Virus record (IMG/VR): IMGVR_UViG_3300036828_000755
Location: 67,755 to 131,754 of that record
DNA length: 64,000 nt
From: a virus
Reading direction: 5' to 3' (one strand)
Shown here piece by piece: positions 53,824 through 62,167 of this stretch. The notes beneath the pieces were generated by a model that did not search any database, had not been told where the DNA came from, and worked only from the letters and a program-made list of their open reading frames with translations. A program made the translations under genes and the position numbers. How positions within the stretch are numbered: position 1 is the first letter of the stretch; each line of letters begins with the position of its first letter.

Positions 53824-54126
53824 ATGATTGAGAAACTCAAGACGCTGTCCGTGGCGAAGTACACGGTAGAGGAACTGATCGAGTTGAGGTCCCAGTCCCG
53901 CCTCCTGTATTCTGAGTACGACACTCAGAAGCTCGAGAAGCCGGACTGGCTCAACAACGCGGTCAACGACCTCGATCGTGAGATCGCTGCCAGGGCTCAC
54001 GACGAACGAGCTCGGAAGCTTTCCGAGTTGAAGGCTCGGAAGTCCCAGCTCCTCACGAACCAGGAGAAGCGGGACATCCTCGATGCCGAGATCGCCTCGC
54101 TCGAGAAAACCCTCGTGGGAGCTTAA
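53824..54126 (+). CDS. coiled-coil protein downstream of the Ro-like gene
   Basis: ATG 53824 after AAGGAG; heptad pattern. Confidence 0.65.
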   Translation: MIEKLKTLSVAKYTVEELIELRSQSRLLYSEYDTQKLEKPDWLNNAVNDLDREIAARAHDERARKLSELKARKSQLLTNQEKRDILDAEIASLEKTLVGA

Positions 54127-54148
54127 GTTGCCACTGGGTTAAAATGAT

Positions 54149-54190
54149 CCGTTCACTTAGTTAAATACCGTGTTAATATGGTCTTAGTGG
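54149..54190 (+). promoter_or_regulatory. phage-class promoter
   Basis: CCG-N22-TAATAT-GGTCTTAGTGG. Confidence 0.65.
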
Positions 54191-54236
54191 GGAGGACAAC
54201 AACACCAGTCCTCCCCGCTTAAGGAGAAGAAGAAAG

Positions 54237-55337
54237 ATGGCCCACGAAGTTGAGACCATGGCATATCGCCAAGAAACTGTTGCCGATATCCCGTGGCACG
54301 GGTTGGGGAAGTCGATCAACCACGACGTAACCCCGGTGGAGATGCTGGTCGAAGCTGAGCTGAACTGGACAGTGAGCAAGAGGCCGCTCTATACACCGAT
54401 GGTCGTGAACGGCACGGCGAGCACCTCGTTGGAGGCGTTCATCACGGCTGGGGGAAGGACGCTGCAGCTCAGCGACTACTTCGCCCTCGTCAGGGACTCG
54501 GACAACAAGGTCTTTGGCCCAGCGGGCAAGGACTACGTGCCAATCCAGAACGAGCAGGCGTTCAACTTCTTCAGGAAATTCACGGACGCCGGACACATGA
54601 GGATGGAGACTGCCGGAGCATTGCAAGAAGGTCGGCAAGTCTGGGTCCTCGCGAAATTGAAGAAGTCGTTCATACTCCCGGGAGACGACGAGGTGAAGGG
54701 CTACCTCTTGCTTAGTTCCCCGCACATCTGGGGAAAGTCGTTCGTGATCAAGTTCGTCACGATCAGGGTCGTGTGCATGAACACCCTCACGATGGCAATG
54801 AACGAGTCCGAGTATGGCAAGGGCTTCCGCATGCCACACATCAGGGCATTCGACGGCCAGGTCGAGCATGAGGCGCAGGTCTCGCTCGGCATCGCCACCG
54901 AACTTTTTGAGGGATTCGAGGCGACGGCGAACAAGTTGTCCAAGACGAAGGTAAACGAGGACGTCATGGTCCGCTACCTCGCGGACATCTACCAGCCTGA
55001 ATTGATCGGGGAATACTTCGGCAAGTCGTACTTCAAGAAGAACGAGGCAGAACAAGCTAAGCTCCTGGTTGATCCCACGTCCCCGAAGATCAAGGGAGAC
55101 CAACTGAAGCGTACACCGTACGAGGTGCTCAGGACCCTGGACTACGCGCCCGGCGCAACCGCTGACTCGGCAAAGGGAACATTGTGGGGAATATTCAACG
55201 CCACGACCTACCACGCCGACCACTTGGCCGGCCGGGACAGGGACAACTCCCTCTACTCTAGCTGGTTTGGTCCGAAGTCCGTGACCAAGACTTCCGCGCT
55301 GAAGCGGGCAGTCCAGATGGCAGAGGTCATCGCGTAA
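54237..55337 (+). CDS. DUF932 (phage/plasmid-like TIGR03299) protein
   Basis: MAHEVETMAY...PWHGLG, AEL.W.V.KRP, Y.PIQN..AF.FF, ETAG.L..G..VW.LA, IRVVC.NTL, GTLWG..NA.T. Confidence 0.9.
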   Translation: MAHEVETMAYRQETVADIPWHGLGKSINHDVTPVEMLVEAELNWTVSKRPLYTPMVVNGTASTSLEAFITAGGRTLQLSDYFALVRDSDNKVFGPAGKDYVPIQNEQAFNFFRKFTDAGHMRMETAGALQEGRQVWVLAKLKKSFILPGDDEVKGYLLLSSPHIWGKSFVIKFVTIRVVCMNTLTMAMNESEYGKGFRMPHIRAFDGQVEHEAQVSLGIATELFEGFEATANKLSKTKVNEDVMVRYLADIYQPELIGEYFGKSYFKKNEAEQAKLLVDPTSPKIKGDQLKRTPYEVLRTLDYAPGATADSAKGTLWGIFNATTYHADHLAGRDRDNSLYSSWFGPKSVTKTSALKRAVQMAEVIA

Positions 55338-55510
55338 ATGGTATGCTTGCCTTCATCAGGCACCAACTGATCTGCAAAAATTTTGGGTTCGGGTTCTCCC
55401 CGCAAAAGGTCCGGACTGACCCAGATGGGAGAACCCTCTGGGTCTGCGTATGTAGCAGGTGTTCCCACGCCTGGGCATACTGGTGGCACTCCTAAAAAGG
55501 AAGGAAACGA

Positions 55511-55981
55511 ATGGTCAAGATAGCAACCGAAGATGGGACGTACCTGATCGAGTTTCGTCACATGTCGAAGCACGGGAAAAGGGCAAGGCTCCGTGCCCGA
55601 GCACCCGTCAACGCCCTCACGGTGTGCTCGATAGTCAAGGTCGACAAGGACAACGTCGCGAAGTTCATCGCGTCGGACGCTGCGATCTGCTCGAACCACG
55701 ACAACTTCTCCAGGCTCGAGGGAAGGCTGAGGGCACTGAAGAAGGTGCTCAAGTACAACCTGGTTTTTAAGGATGTGAGGAGCGTCATCTGGTTCCTCTA
55801 CCAGAAAGAGACGGGCGTTCCCCTCGACCTTATTACTGGTTTTGACGAAAACGCGCTCATGGTCAGGTTCGAGCGGGACCAAGTCATCCTTGGCCCAGAG
55901 GAAATCCAACGAAGGATCGACGCCGGGCAAGCGATCCGGGAAGAGCGGGCCCAGCAGAGGGCCGAGTCAACCTCGGCCTAA
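55511..55981 (+). CDS. hypothetical phage protein
   Basis: A.CS..DNF....GR..AL motif; SD AAGGA. Confidence 0.7.
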   Translation: MVKIATEDGTYLIEFRHMSKHGKRARLRARAPVNALTVCSIVKVDKDNVAKFIASDAAICSNHDNFSRLEGRLRALKKVLKYNLVFKDVRSVIWFLYQKETGVPLDLITGFDENALMVRFERDQVILGPEEIQRRIDAGQAIREERAQQRAESTSA

Positions 55982-55984
55982 AAT

Positions 55985-56024
55985 CCGAAAACCTCGACAA
56001 AAGTTGTGTTACAATGGCCTTAGC
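55985..56024 (+). promoter_or_regulatory. phage-class promoter
   Basis: CCG-N22-TACAAT-GGCCTTAG. Confidence 0.65.
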
Positions 56025-56096
56025 GTTGACATGTGTTTTGGCTGCGTTGGTGCTCGATCACCCGGGAGTTCGGACACTCCCGGGTGATTTACCACA

Positions 56097-56510
56097 ATGA
56101 TCAGGGTTCCTCAAAGCATTCAGCATCCCTCACCACAAGCAAACTCCCTTTCTGCCTGCGTCGCCTCGATACTAGAGCTAAGCCTACTCGTTGTGCCAAA
56201 CTTCACGGGGGACTACGGCGAATCCTGGATTGCCCGTTTCTTGAATTGGCTGGAGCCGATGGACCTCTCCGTTATGTTCCTGCAATATTCCAAGGACCAA
56301 GCTCCACCACCTGGGTTGGCGATACTTACCACGTCGTGCCCCGGCACCGGGGTCCAGCATTCCGTAGTCATGAAGGACGGGAAACTAGCCTGGGACCCGT
56401 CTCCCGAGAAGAAAAAGAAGCTCGGGGAGCCCAAGTACTGGGCGGTCTTCGTTGCGACGAACCCGGCAAAATTCCTTCCACGACCACTCTTCGAGAAGAT
56501 AATCTTCTAA
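56097..56510 (+). CDS. papain-like (C39-related) fold protein
   Basis: SAC.ASILEL...VP.F, HSVV..DG...WDP.P. Confidence 0.5.
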   Translation: MIRVPQSIQHPSPQANSLSACVASILELSLLVVPNFTGDYGESWIARFLNWLEPMDLSVMFLQYSKDQAPPPGLAILTTSCPGTGVQHSVVMKDGKLAWDPSPEKKKKLGEPKYWAVFVATNPAKFLPRPLFEKIIF

Positions 56511-56579
56511 AATCCGGTCATAGGATATGACAACACAAACAAGGGGGTTTCACGTCGAAACCCCTCCGACACGGAGACA

Positions 56580-56972
56580 ATGACCAAAAAACAAGAGAAA
56601 GACCAACCCCAACCGAGTAAACCAGATGCAAAACTTGTGCAACTTTACCAAGAAATGGCTGATCACACCGCCCCAGAGTGTGCTAGCGGTTGCCGCGTCC
56701 CTCATTCTTGCTGCGACGAGTTCTATTGCCTGTTTTCTGAGGGATATGCGAGGGACGTCTACGGAATAGAACTCCCGAAGACCGACCACCCGAGGCTCCA
56801 GTACATGGGACCTCAGGGGTGCACGGTAGCGCCACACCTCCGACCACTGTGCACGCTGCACGTCTGCTGCATCAACGACGTCGGCGCCAAGGTCTCGGAC
56901 ATGGGGTGGACGAGGAAATATTTCCGAATCAGGGGAAAGATCGCCAGGCTAGAGGTGCTCGACCAATGCTAG
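56580..56972 (+). CDS. cysteine-cluster protein (YkgJ-like)
   Basis: C..GC...SCC..FYC...GC.V.P..RP.CTLH.C. Confidence 0.65.
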   Translation: MTKKQEKDQPQPSKPDAKLVQLYQEMADHTAPECASGCRVPHSCCDEFYCLFSEGYARDVYGIELPKTDHPRLQYMGPQGCTVAPHLRPLCTLHVCCINDVGAKVSDMGWTRKYFRIRGKIARLEVLDQC

Positions 56973-57066
56973 TATCGGATAAATGTGCGAACCAACCTTT
57001 TATCGGTTCTCGGAACAAATAAATGTGCTAAGATAGTCTTATAGGAGGTTGCCCAAAAACAAAATC

Positions 57067-57501
57067 ATGGCGACTGTTAAGAAGATTATCAAGACGCGGT
57101 TCTACGTCCTAACCAAGGAAGTCGGAGCCAACGACAAGTGCCCGCCCCAGGCGAAGCTGATCCTTGACACGATCAAGGCTGCCGGCGGCAAGATGACCAG
57201 GGAAGACCTGATCAAGGACCTGAAGCGCCCCGTTGAGGAAGGCGGGCTAAAGACGAACCAGACAGCGGAGCGAATCCTCGGCTTCTATAAGCCCCGCCTA
57301 ACCGAAATGGGGGTCCTGAAAGAAGAGACCGAGACTTCGGAGATCGAGGTCGAGGTCGAGGACAAGCCCGCGAAAGCGCCCAAGGAAAAGGCTGCCGCAG
57401 GCACTGACGGGGCCACCGCGGACTCGACCGCCGAAGCAGGAACTGCTCCCGGAACAGCGAGCAAGGGTGCAAAGGGCGAGCCGAAGCGAGCTGCTGCATA
57501 G
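57067..57501 (+). CDS. winged-helix-like paralog family member 7 with Ala/Lys-rich tail
   Basis: FYVL...CPPQAKLILDTI...LKTNQTAERILGFYKPRLTEMGVL; start 57049 or 57067. Confidence 0.75.
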   Translation: MATVKKIIKTRFYVLTKEVGANDKCPPQAKLILDTIKAAGGKMTREDLIKDLKRPVEEGGLKTNQTAERILGFYKPRLTEMGVLKEETETSEIEVEVEDKPAKAPKEKAAAGTDGATADSTAEAGTAPGTASKGAKGEPKRAAA

Positions 57502-57635
57502 CACAAACCCAAGGGTCGCGACCTCCCGGTCCGAGCAAGCCACGAGCCTGTTCGGACCGGACCTGCATATGGAGAAGTCAATGGCAAGGCGATGGACGCC
57601 AAAACAATCTCGGGAAGAACTTGACAGGTGATGAG

Positions 57636-57929
57636 ATGGATAAGCCTCCTAACTTGTGGCGGGAAATTGGTTCAGTAGCTTGGCTTATGGGTAGACTTAT
57701 GGCTTGTGTTTTGCTCATATTCGCATCAATATCTTGGGCATTCAACCGCAACCCAACGCTTGGACTAATCGTGATGTATTCGATGCTTTTCGTCGGCCTG
57801 ATAGGATGGCTAGGATGGCGTAACTACAAATGGAAAAGTCATGGGTGGGATCGTGAACAAAAAGAGAAACTTGGACCTAAACCTACTTCATCGAATCAAG
57901 AACCTATAGCTAAGAAGGATCAACGATGA
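57636..57929 (+). CDS. two-TM membrane protein (AT-richer)
   Basis: Two hydrophobic helices. Confidence 0.55.
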   Translation: MDKPPNLWREIGSVAWLMGRLMACVLLIFASISWAFNRNPTLGLIVMYSMLFVGLIGWLGWRNYKWKSHGWDREQKEKLGPKPTSSNQEPIAKKDQR

Positions 57930-58396
57930 TCAGGATACAGTTTGTGGGACAGGCCCCCAGCAAAGAAACTGATGGAAAGCCCCCGTTCACGGGAAGATGC
58001 GGAGCGTTCTTGGCACAACTCATGGGAACTACCCAGGAGAAGATGCTCGTGGACCACGACTTTCTGAATGTCCTGAACTCCTGGCCAGGGAAGGGTGTTG
58101 GTGGGGACAGGTTCCCATTCATCGAGGCCAAGGTAGCTGCACAGAAGATGTTTCCCCAGCTCCGCAACAGGATCGTCATATTGCTCGGTGCGAACGTCGC
58201 GAAGGCCTTCGGCATGAGGCAATTCAGGTACCTCGAACGATACGAGATGAGGAATCCACAGAACTTGTCCGACGTGGTCGTGCCACTGATGATCGTCATC
58301 CCACATCCCAGCGGGGTAAACCGTTACTGGAATCTCCCAGACAACAGGATGATAGTGTCGAAGTTCTTCAACGAAATACTGGCCACAAAAACCTGA
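57926..58396 (+). CDS. uracil-DNA glycosylase-like protein
   Basis: FVGQAP motif, NVL, ILLG..VA, IPHPSG.NR.WN. Confidence 0.8.
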   Translation: MIRIQFVGQAPSKETDGKPPFTGRCGAFLAQLMGTTQEKMLVDHDFLNVLNSWPGKGVGGDRFPFIEAKVAAQKMFPQLRNRIVILLGANVAKAFGMRQFRYLERYEMRNPQNLSDVVVPLMIVIPHPSGVNRYWNLPDNRMIVSKFFNEILATKT

Positions 58397-58423
58397 ACTT
58401 CGGACGATTTTTTGTGGTACTAT
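58393..58423 (+). promoter_or_regulatory. phage-class promoter
   Basis: CTG-N22-TACTAT with TG extension. Confidence 0.5.
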
Positions 58424-58460
58424 AGAACATAAGTGTAACCAAACAAAAGGAAAAGACCAG

Positions 58461-59417
58461 ATGGCAAGGAACCAAAACCGAGTTGTGGACAAGACTTTCT
58501 TATCGCTCGACCTCGCAGAGGAGCGAGGACTCATCCACCGGGACTACCTCGCGCATTGTCTGAGATGGTCGCACGTTGTCAAGTTCCTTAACCGTGGACA
58601 CGCCTACAAGGAAGCCATGGTACTGGACGTGGGCTGCGGGAAGGAGATGCCACTAGCCAAGACCTTGTACGTCAACAAGATGAGCCCAAGGAGCTACGTC
58701 GGGGTCGACTGCAACGACTTCGACATACCGCAGATGCTCATCGGCAAGAAGATCCCGATAACAGTCTGGCCCAAGACGGACTTCTGTGCCCTCGATCCTC
58801 CCGACGTTGGCCTACCAAACCCGGACGACTGGGACCCGGTAACGAACTCACCGCAAAGTTACATACTCCCGAACATCTTGACTTGCTTTGAAGTCCTAGA
58901 ACACATTACCCCAGAGCATTGTCGCCGCATGCTGATCAAGTTCAAGGAACTAACGTCCAAGGATTGCCACTACTTCATCAGCACACCCTGCTGGAACGGC
59001 TCGGCCGCCGAGAACCACATCAACGAGATGACGTTCCAGGCCCTCGGCGGGCTGATCGAGGACCTCGGCTACAAGGTCGAGGGAGTATACGGGACGTTCG
59101 CGAGCATATCGGACTATGAAACAGAACTCGGAAACCTCACCCTCACGGACAAAGCTACGGGACGCGAGCTACCTGCTGTCGACGTTCGCGGCGTGTTTTC
59201 CGCGCTGAGAAACTACTACGACACTAACGTGCTCTCCGTCATCTTCGCCCCGCTCTTCCCGAACAAGTCACGCAATGCCCTGTGGCACCTCACCAAGAAA
59301 ACTGGGGATGATGCTGCGCAAGACCGACTCTTCTCAGCCCTCGAAAATGCCACAACCCCCTGGAGCCAGTCTCCTAGCTGGAGGGAACTCAATGACGTTC
59401 AAGCAATACGAGGGTAA
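58461..59417 (+). CDS. class I SAM-dependent methyltransferase
   Basis: H.LRWSHV, VLDVGCG, YVGVD, CFEVLEH, FISTP, HINE. Confidence 0.8.
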   Translation: MARNQNRVVDKTFLSLDLAEERGLIHRDYLAHCLRWSHVVKFLNRGHAYKEAMVLDVGCGKEMPLAKTLYVNKMSPRSYVGVDCNDFDIPQMLIGKKIPITVWPKTDFCALDPPDVGLPNPDDWDPVTNSPQSYILPNILTCFEVLEHITPEHCRRMLIKFKELTSKDCHYFISTPCWNGSAAENHINEMTFQALGGLIEDLGYKVEGVYGTFASISDYETELGNLTLTDKATGRELPAVDVRGVFSALRNYYDTNVLSVIFAPLFPNKSRNALWHLTKKTGDDAAQDRLFSALENATTPWSQSPSWRELNDVQAIRG

Positions 59418-59895
59418 CAGGGGGTTGGCCTGGGAGGAGGACCACGTGTGGGCGTTCCCCGAGAGGCCGAAGAAGATCTACATCGCAGCATCAGTCACGG
59501 AATCCAATTTTGTTGGAAAAGTGACGGCGGTCCTCCAAGGTTGTGGGCTCACCGTCATGAACAAGTGGCACGAGGTCGACTTCTCGAAGAAGCCAATCCA
59601 AGGAGACTGGGACAATTTCCGGGACTGGTCAACGAGGTGGGGAGAGCAGGACCTAGAGGATCTCCGTCAGTCCGACACGCTGGTCGTGTTGGCCAACGCC
59701 GCCTCCACGAGTGGCGGGTACCACGTGGAGTTGGGATACTTCCTTGGAGCAGGAAGGGAGAACATCGTCTCGGTGTTCGGGAGACCCAACGTGTTCTACT
59801 GGACCAGGAACATCCGATGGCTGTTGGACGCGAAGAACCTGGTAGCATTCCTGACTGATCCAAGACACGGAAGAAAGGACGCGCCGAATGTTTGA
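59392..59895 (+). CDS. nucleoside 2-deoxyribosyltransferase / dNMP N-glycosidase-like protein
   Basis: KIYIAAS, D..DLRQSD.LV, SGG.HVELGY. Confidence 0.75.
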   Translation: MTFKQYEGNRGLAWEEDHVWAFPERPKKIYIAASVTESNFVGKVTAVLQGCGLTVMNKWHEVDFSKKPIQGDWDNFRDWSTRWGEQDLEDLRQSDTLVVLANAASTSGGYHVELGYFLGAGRENIVSVFGRPNVFYWTRNIRWLLDAKNLVAFLTDPRHGRKDAPNV

Positions 59896-60421
59896 CGAAG
59901 AATACCAGGACTTCGTGAACAAGTACTGGTTCTACGAACCTACCGAACACGAGAACATGTCGGAGAACAAGTACGTCACGCTCGCGATATTCGGGGAAAC
60001 CGGGGAAATCGCGGAGAAGGTGAAGAAGTTCTACCGGGGAGACACGAAATTCGTGCTCGACCGCGAGAAGATGCTTAACGAGGTTGGGGACCTCCTCTAC
60101 TACCTTGTCAGGTATTCCTACCTGCACAAGGCTGTGCTCAACTGGGAAGCCATGACCCAAGACCTCGGCGGTCGCAGGGTCAGCGAGGACCTCGGCGAAG
60201 CCGTGCTCGTGCTATGCCAAAAAGTCGGGACGCTGGTCGTCTCGGTCGTCCTCGAGAAAGAATCCCACGCGGACGTCCTGGTAACGTTCGCGATCGTGGC
60301 CCTGGTAGACGTTGCCAAGGCCTGCGGCGGCACCTTGCAGGAAGCCGCGGACATGAACATGGAAAAGCTTCGTTCCCGAAAACTAAGGGGACAGACGCGG
60401 GGAGAGGGAGACGAGAGATGA
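59888..60421 (+). CDS. MazG-like NTP pyrophosphohydrolase
   Basis: GETGEIAEKVKK..R, EVGDLLYY, N.EKL.SR..RG...GEGD.R. Confidence 0.8.
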   Translation: MFDEEYQDFVNKYWFYEPTEHENMSENKYVTLAIFGETGEIAEKVKKFYRGDTKFVLDREKMLNEVGDLLYYLVRYSYLHKAVLNWEAMTQDLGGRRVSEDLGEAVLVLCQKVGTLVVSVVLEKESHADVLVTFAIVALVDVAKACGGTLQEAADMNMEKLRSRKLRGQTRGEGDER

Positions 60422-61182
60422 TCATGCCTAAGGCCGGCACGCCGGCGTTTGCCCAGTTCTTGATGAGGGCAAGGGACCCAAACTCCTTCGAGGCTAAGAT
60501 CATCAAGAAGATGAACGACGACGCGTCCATGGAAGTCCAAGGACAGGTCAGGATGATGCTCCACGAGATGATCGACATTGTCCCTGGACAACTGTTCAGG
60601 GACATCGGGAGGTTCCACGAGAAGTTCAGCCTCTCGCCGACGGACGACCCCAACCACGAGCTACCCCACGACATCCTTAAGTTCAGGATCCTGTTCATGC
60701 TCGAGGAGTTGCTCGAGTACTGCAACTCGGTAGGGGCAAGCGTCGAGAAGGTCGACGACCACTGGGAAGTCACGGTTGGCCAGGAATCGGCAACATTCGA
60801 TGCCGAGAACGCCTTCGATGGCCTGATCGACCTCGTGTACGTGGCACTTGGGACGGCGTTCCTGCACAGGTTCCCGTTCAACCAGGGCTGGGCGCGGGTC
60901 CAAGCAGCAAACATGGCCAAGGTCCGGGCCTCCGGCCACGACGACCCAAGGTCTACCAGGAAGCACTCGGCCGACATCGTCAAGCCCGAGGGATGGCTGC
61001 CGCCGATCCTCTCGGACTTGCTCGGCGGTCCATTGCTGGAGTGCAGGTGCACCGAGCCAGGGGGAGCGCTCAGGAAGATTGCCTACCACGAGAACATGCA
61101 CATCTGTGAGATTTGTGGTGGGATGATCCCGCAACCAGGTGAAGGAGCACCGCAAGATGTCGGCAAAGAAAAAGAGGCCTAG
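60418..61182 (+). CDS. all-alpha NTP pyrophosphatase (PRA-PH/MazG-like)
   Basis: FH.KF, R...LEEL.EY, DGLIDLVYVALGT, W.RV..ANM.K, D.VKP.GW.PP. Confidence 0.8.
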   Translation: MIMPKAGTPAFAQFLMRARDPNSFEAKIIKKMNDDASMEVQGQVRMMLHEMIDIVPGQLFRDIGRFHEKFSLSPTDDPNHELPHDILKFRILFMLEELLEYCNSVGASVEKVDDHWEVTVGQESATFDAENAFDGLIDLVYVALGTAFLHRFPFNQGWARVQAANMAKVRASGHDDPRSTRKHSADIVKPEGWLPPILSDLLGGPLLECRCTEPGGALRKIAYHENMHICEICGGMIPQPGEGAPQDVGKEKEA

Positions 61183-61354
61183 CAAGGAGATCCTTGAGCA
61201 GTGGATCGAGGACGTCAACTCGGAGGGCCGCAACCTCTCGGACTGGGAGACGAACTTCATGGAGTCCATCACCGAGCAGTTCGGGACCCGGGGAGGACTG
61301 TCGGAGAAGCAGGAGGAGATCCTGGAGCGGATCTACGCAGAGAAGGTGAAGTGA
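61157..61354 (+). CDS. small helical protein
   Basis: LSDWE.NF.ES...LS.KQ.E.LERIY. Confidence 0.65.
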   Translation: MSAKKKRPSKEILEQWIEDVNSEGRNLSDWETNFMESITEQFGTRGGLSEKQEEILERIYAEKVK

Positions 61355-61599
61355 ACAGGCGACAATTGTTGAAGATCTTTGGGTGGGGAGCAGCAGCCTT
61401 GGCGGCTGACCCAGAAAAACTAGTGTGGATCCCGAACCGAACAATGGTCAGCATCCCCCTTTCCTTCATAGGGGGAAAGTACGACGTGGACTTGCTGGAG
61501 GAGTTCTACATAGAACCCTTAGTCAGGGCCTTGGCGGGCATCATTGAGAAGAAGTACATCGACCAGGCCATGGGAGCCTGGAAGAGATATGGTCCGTAG
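61351..61599 (+). CDS. small protein with Tat-signal-like N-terminus
   Basis: GTG 61351; MNRRQLLK..G..AAALA. Confidence 0.55.
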   Translation: MNRRQLLKIFGWGAAALAADPEKLVWIPNRTMVSIPLSFIGGKYDVDLLEEFYIEPLVRALAGIIEKKYIDQAMGAWKRYGP

Positions 61600-61864
61600 G
61601 CCCCCGATCGAGAAGGGCTTCATGCGTGGTGGATGGTTTGCCTGGCCCGACAAGCCATACAACTGCGTGGACTGCGGCACCGAGGTACACACGACGAACA
61701 GCGGCGGGAGCCGTTGCGCAAAGTGTGGCAAGGACCACCTGAGAGAAGTCAGGAAGCTCTGGAAGCAAGCCCAAAGGAAGAAGCAGCAAGAGATAAGGAG
61801 AAGGAATGAACGTGAACGAGCTAAACATAAAAGAGCACTCGCAAGCCCTGCAACTCCTCGATGA
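61589..61864 (+). CDS. zinc-finger hypothetical protein
   Basis: CVDCG...RCAKC. Confidence 0.55.
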   Translation: MVRRPPIEKGFMRGGWFAWPDKPYNCVDCGTEVHTTNSGGSRCAKCGKDHLREVRKLWKQAQRKKQQEIRRRNERERAKHKRALASPATPR

Positions 61865-62081
61865 CTTCAAGCAAAAGGTTGAGGCGGGGGAGATCATGTC
61901 GCTCATAGTCATCTGCGAGGGAACCGACGGCTCGATGATGGGCGGGACGACCGCGACCCAGAACCAGTTCGCCGTGGCCGGCTACATGCTGTCCTGGGCG
62001 ATGAGGCGACTGGGGTTCACCACGTTCGACGACGTGCGCATGATGGCCAAGGTAAGCCAAGGTCCCGAAAAGGAACCCTAG
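61806..62081 (+). CDS. hypothetical protein
   Basis: SD AAGGA. Confidence 0.65.
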   Translation: MNVNELNIKEHSQALQLLDDFKQKVEAGEIMSLIVICEGTDGSMMGGTTATQNQFAVAGYMLSWAMRRLGFTTFDDVRMMAKVSQGPEKEP

Positions 62082-62103
62082 GCACGGTAAAATTTAATCA
62101 TAC

Positions 62104-62145
62104 CCGAGAACAAGCAAAATATCCGTGATAAAATGTACTTAGTGG
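62104..62145 (+). promoter_or_regulatory. phage-class promoter
   Basis: CCG-N22-TAAAAT-GTACTTAGTGG. Confidence 0.6.
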
Positions 62146-62167
62146 AACTAAGTGAAAGAGGCCACAC

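Noticed and set aside
16051-61272. Long antisense ORFs (e.g. 16051-16821, 25333-26399, 39761-40663, 47133-48236, 54219-55223, 60180-61052)
   Set aside because: They are shadows of well-supported plus-strand genes, expected from the GC-rich third-position bias, and show no motifs or SDs.
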